Shown here piece by piece: positions 15,870 through 17,845 of a stretch of DNA of 17,845 bases. The first letter of the stretch is position 1; every line of letters starts with the position of its first letter. Position numbers and translations under genes: made by a program. Location: positions 1 to 17,845 of the forward strand of contig JAEOTC010000078.1 of the NCBI GenBank assembly GCA_016840035.1, written 5' to 3'. The notes under the pieces were generated by a model that saw nothing but the letters and a program-made list of their open reading frames with translations, was not told the origin of the DNA and did no database searches. The DNA is from Candidatus Hodarchaeota archaeon (GTDB lineage Archaea > Asgardarchaeota > Heimdallarchaeia > Hodarchaeales > Hodarchaeaceae).

Positions 15870-16790
15870 ATGTTTTCTAAGTCGAAGTTCAAAGAAGCAG
15901 AGAACTTCATTCATTCCCAAGCTAGACCAATAGATCAAGCTCTTTATAATTACGAATTTAATGATGGATCATCTCAAAAAGTTCTTGATTTGCTAAAAGA
16001 TTATCAAAATATGGATGGAGGATTCGGACACGCATTAGAACCCGATTTTCGTCCTTCTAAATCCTCTGTATTGGCAACTACTGTTGCAATGCAATATATA
16101 AATGAACTAAAGCTCTCTAAACCAAATGTAATGGTTGAACATGCCATATCTTATCTACTAAAAAAAATAAACAGGTTTCCAGAGACCATTCCCATTCGAT
16201 ACTTCTGGTATCCAACCCCTTTAGTTCCAGACAAAGCGATACAAGCGCCATGGTGGAATATTAAGGAACTTAGCCCTCCAACAATCAATAAATGGCCAAA
16301 TCCGACTGTAGAAGTCATAGGTTATCTACTACAATATTCAGAACTCATTCCAAATTCGATACTTTTGGAATTAACTGAAGATTTACAGAGGTACCTAAAA
16401 CTAGTCCCCTCTATCACAGAATCAATTTTCTATAACTTCATGTGTTTTAAACGGTTATTACCTCATGCTCCATTGAAACTTCAGAAGCAGATTTTTAATA
16501 TGCTAGAAAAGAGTTTTAATAGTCCCGAGCTACTAAACACTGCTAATCTTAAAGAAATTAAGATTCAGAGGTTGGTAACCGAAAAAAATTCTTTTCTCTA
16601 CCAAAAATATCCTGAAATTATTAAAAACTTGCTCCAAGATGAGATTGATAGATTAGATCCAGATGGTGGATCCCATCCTAACTGGAAATGGGGCGATTCA
16701 GAGCTTTGGAAATCAGTTGAAAAAGAATGGACAGGTAAATTAACTTACGAACTGCTAGTCGTCTTGAAGTATTGTGATTTACTCTCTTAA
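15870..16790 (+). CDS. Conserved hypothetical protein with a prenyltransferase/squalene-cyclase-like repeat (alpha/alpha barrel)
   Basis: Contains YQNMDGGFGHALEPD (QxxDGGF repeat), a second LDPDGGS..W repeat and an APWW motif, and looks mostly helical. Function is unknown. ATG 15870 was chosen as the start. Confidence 0.65.
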   Translation: MFSKSKFKEAENFIHSQARPIDQALYNYEFNDGSSQKVLDLLKDYQNMDGGFGHALEPDFRPSKSSVLATTVAMQYINELKLSKPNVMVEHAISYLLKKINRFPETIPIRYFWYPTPLVPDKAIQAPWWNIKELSPPTINKWPNPTVEVIGYLLQYSELIPNSILLELTEDLQRYLKLVPSITESIFYNFMCFKRLLPHAPLKLQKQIFNMLEKSFNSPELLNTANLKEIKIQRLVTEKNSFLYQKYPEIIKNLLQDEIDRLDPDGGSHPNWKWGDSELWKSVEKEWTGKLTYELLVVLKYCDLLS

Positions 16791-16988
16791 CATTTTTAAA
16801 TCAAGAAGACTGTTTTCTTCGGATAATACTAATCAATTATTGTATATCAACTCATTGGAATAGACAGATTCAAGTAGACTAGGATCTTCGTCCTGTTTGG
16901 ATTTACGAACATACTGTTCCAAGGTATACGTATTTAAGAAGATTTTTTCCTGTTCACCATAGAATTATTCGACTTTTCAGGTGTTCAA

Positions 16989-17684
16989 ATGGCTCTTAAT
17001 GGCTCTCTTAAGAAACAAGGACTGTTAGCGATTTTTGCTGGTGGAATCACAGGAATTCTATTGTTTACTACAGTGTTAACCTTATATAATTCATTTAATA
17101 TCCTACCTTACATTCCTCCCGTTGAAGATACTTTAGGAAGTAAGATAGCTGAGGATATGGAGAGAAAAGAATCGAATATCACATATGTTAGGATCTTCAA
17201 TAACACCTGGGTCAATGTAAATATTTCTGACCACTATGAACGATTTATTGACGGAATTCTCATAGGATACATCAATGGGACTTTCTCAATGGCATTACTC
17301 AACGAACCCAATGCGGATATTGCCCCTATTAACCGTTCAGAGTTAAATGCGGTAATGAGTGTTTTCCGTGCTTCAATCAGTACACTTGATAACGTCAGTA
17401 GTACTGTAACAACATTAGATGACATATTTCCACCCTCCTTTCTAATGGATATTGCATACGAGGATGGAACGACCCTGAGTCTTGCTTTTTCTGTGGAAAA
17501 AAAGGTAATTAGTTTTATACAGGGCATATGGACCGAAACAGAGTATTTATTCAGGGGTGTCCGAGTTATTAGTTTTTCCTATAACATCTACAACGCGCAA
17601 TATCTGGATTTTACCAACTCCCAGGATATTTTTAATGGTCTAGAATCCCTTGAAGAGCTAATATTTTCAGTTTTCCCCTTTTAA
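16989..17684 (+). CDS. Hypothetical membrane-anchored (N-terminal TM/signal) protein, putative surface glycoprotein
   Basis: KK followed by a hydrophobic stretch (GLLAIFAGGITGILLFTTVLTLY), then six N-X-S/T sequons. AGGTG RBS at 16979-16983. Confidence 0.75.
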   Translation: MALNGSLKKQGLLAIFAGGITGILLFTTVLTLYNSFNILPYIPPVEDTLGSKIAEDMERKESNITYVRIFNNTWVNVNISDHYERFIDGILIGYINGTFSMALLNEPNADIAPINRSELNAVMSVFRASISTLDNVSSTVTTLDDIFPPSFLMDIAYEDGTTLSLAFSVEKKVISFIQGIWTETEYLFRGVRVISFSYNIYNAQYLDFTNSQDIFNGLESLEELIFSVFPF

Positions 17685-17739
17685 CACTTATCAACGGATA
17701 AAATAACGACATAAATGTTCCTGCAAATGATGTGAAACA

Positions 17740-17845
17740 ATGAAATCAGATGAATCAGTCGCTGATGAACTTCTAAAGGGAAAAACCATGAAAATTTACT
17801 GGTACTTGCTTTCACACGGCCAAGCAGGCATCAGGGAGATTCAAA
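17740..17845 (+). CDS. Winged helix-turn-helix transcriptional regulator, archaeal type (5' part only)
   Basis: Translated by hand; absent from the track: MKSDESVADELLKGKTMKIYWYLLSHGQAGIREIQ... This matches the LKGKT..[VI]YWYLL..G..G[VI]REIQ start I recognise from archaeal wHTH proteins. GATGTGA RBS-like sequence lies upstream. Confidence 0.75.
   Translation, partial: MKSDESVADELLKGKTMKIYWYLLSHGQAGIREIQ

Noticed and set aside
16773-16790. C-terminal CDLLS of the prenyltransferase-like protein as a CAAX box
   Set aside because: The Cys is fifth from the end rather than fourth, and Asp follows it, so this is not a canonical CAAX motif.
11661-17527. Short ORFs 11661..11975, 12284..12529, 13134..13316, 13265..13459, 14841..15041 and 17234..17527
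   Set aside because: All are antisense shadows within longer, better-supported genes.
1-17845. CRISPR arrays, tRNA/rRNA genes, IS elements, integrases or defence systems
   Set aside because: No regularly spaced repeats, cloverleaf or GC-rich structured RNA segments, transposase/recombinase motifs or terminal inverted repeats were seen by eye. The CPBP 'Abi' label alone is not evidence of phage defence.

Overview
This is an AT-rich, gene-dense prokaryotic window. It is probably archaeal, and Asgard/Heimdallarchaeia-like by inference, based on GGTGA-type ribosome-binding sites, TATA-like boxes, an archaeal-type wHTH regulator and a sequon-rich membrane-anchored protein. From left to right it holds: (1) a minus-strand four-gene xanthine dehydrogenase-family operon (Mo subunit, 2Fe-2S subunit, XdhC/CoxI maturation factor, FAD subunit), followed 38 nt later by a bactofilin-like beta-helical gene that the ORF track missed because it runs off the left edge; (2) a heterodimeric type IV ABC exporter with one degenerate ATPase site; (3) a run of proteolysis genes: a CPBP/Rce1-family intramembrane protease, a long low-GC M29 aminopeptidase and a TldD/PmbA pair; (4) a prenyltransferase/terpene-cyclase-like alpha/alpha-barrel hypothetical protein, a putative surface glycoprotein, and the start of a wHTH regulator that the track also missed. 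I found no rRNA, tRNA, CRISPR array or mobile element. The best novelty candidates are the bactofilin-like protein, with its internal aromatic/basic insert and position at the end of a molybdoenzyme operon, and a possible peptide-processing/export neighbourhood. Both are inferences that need database and synteny checks.
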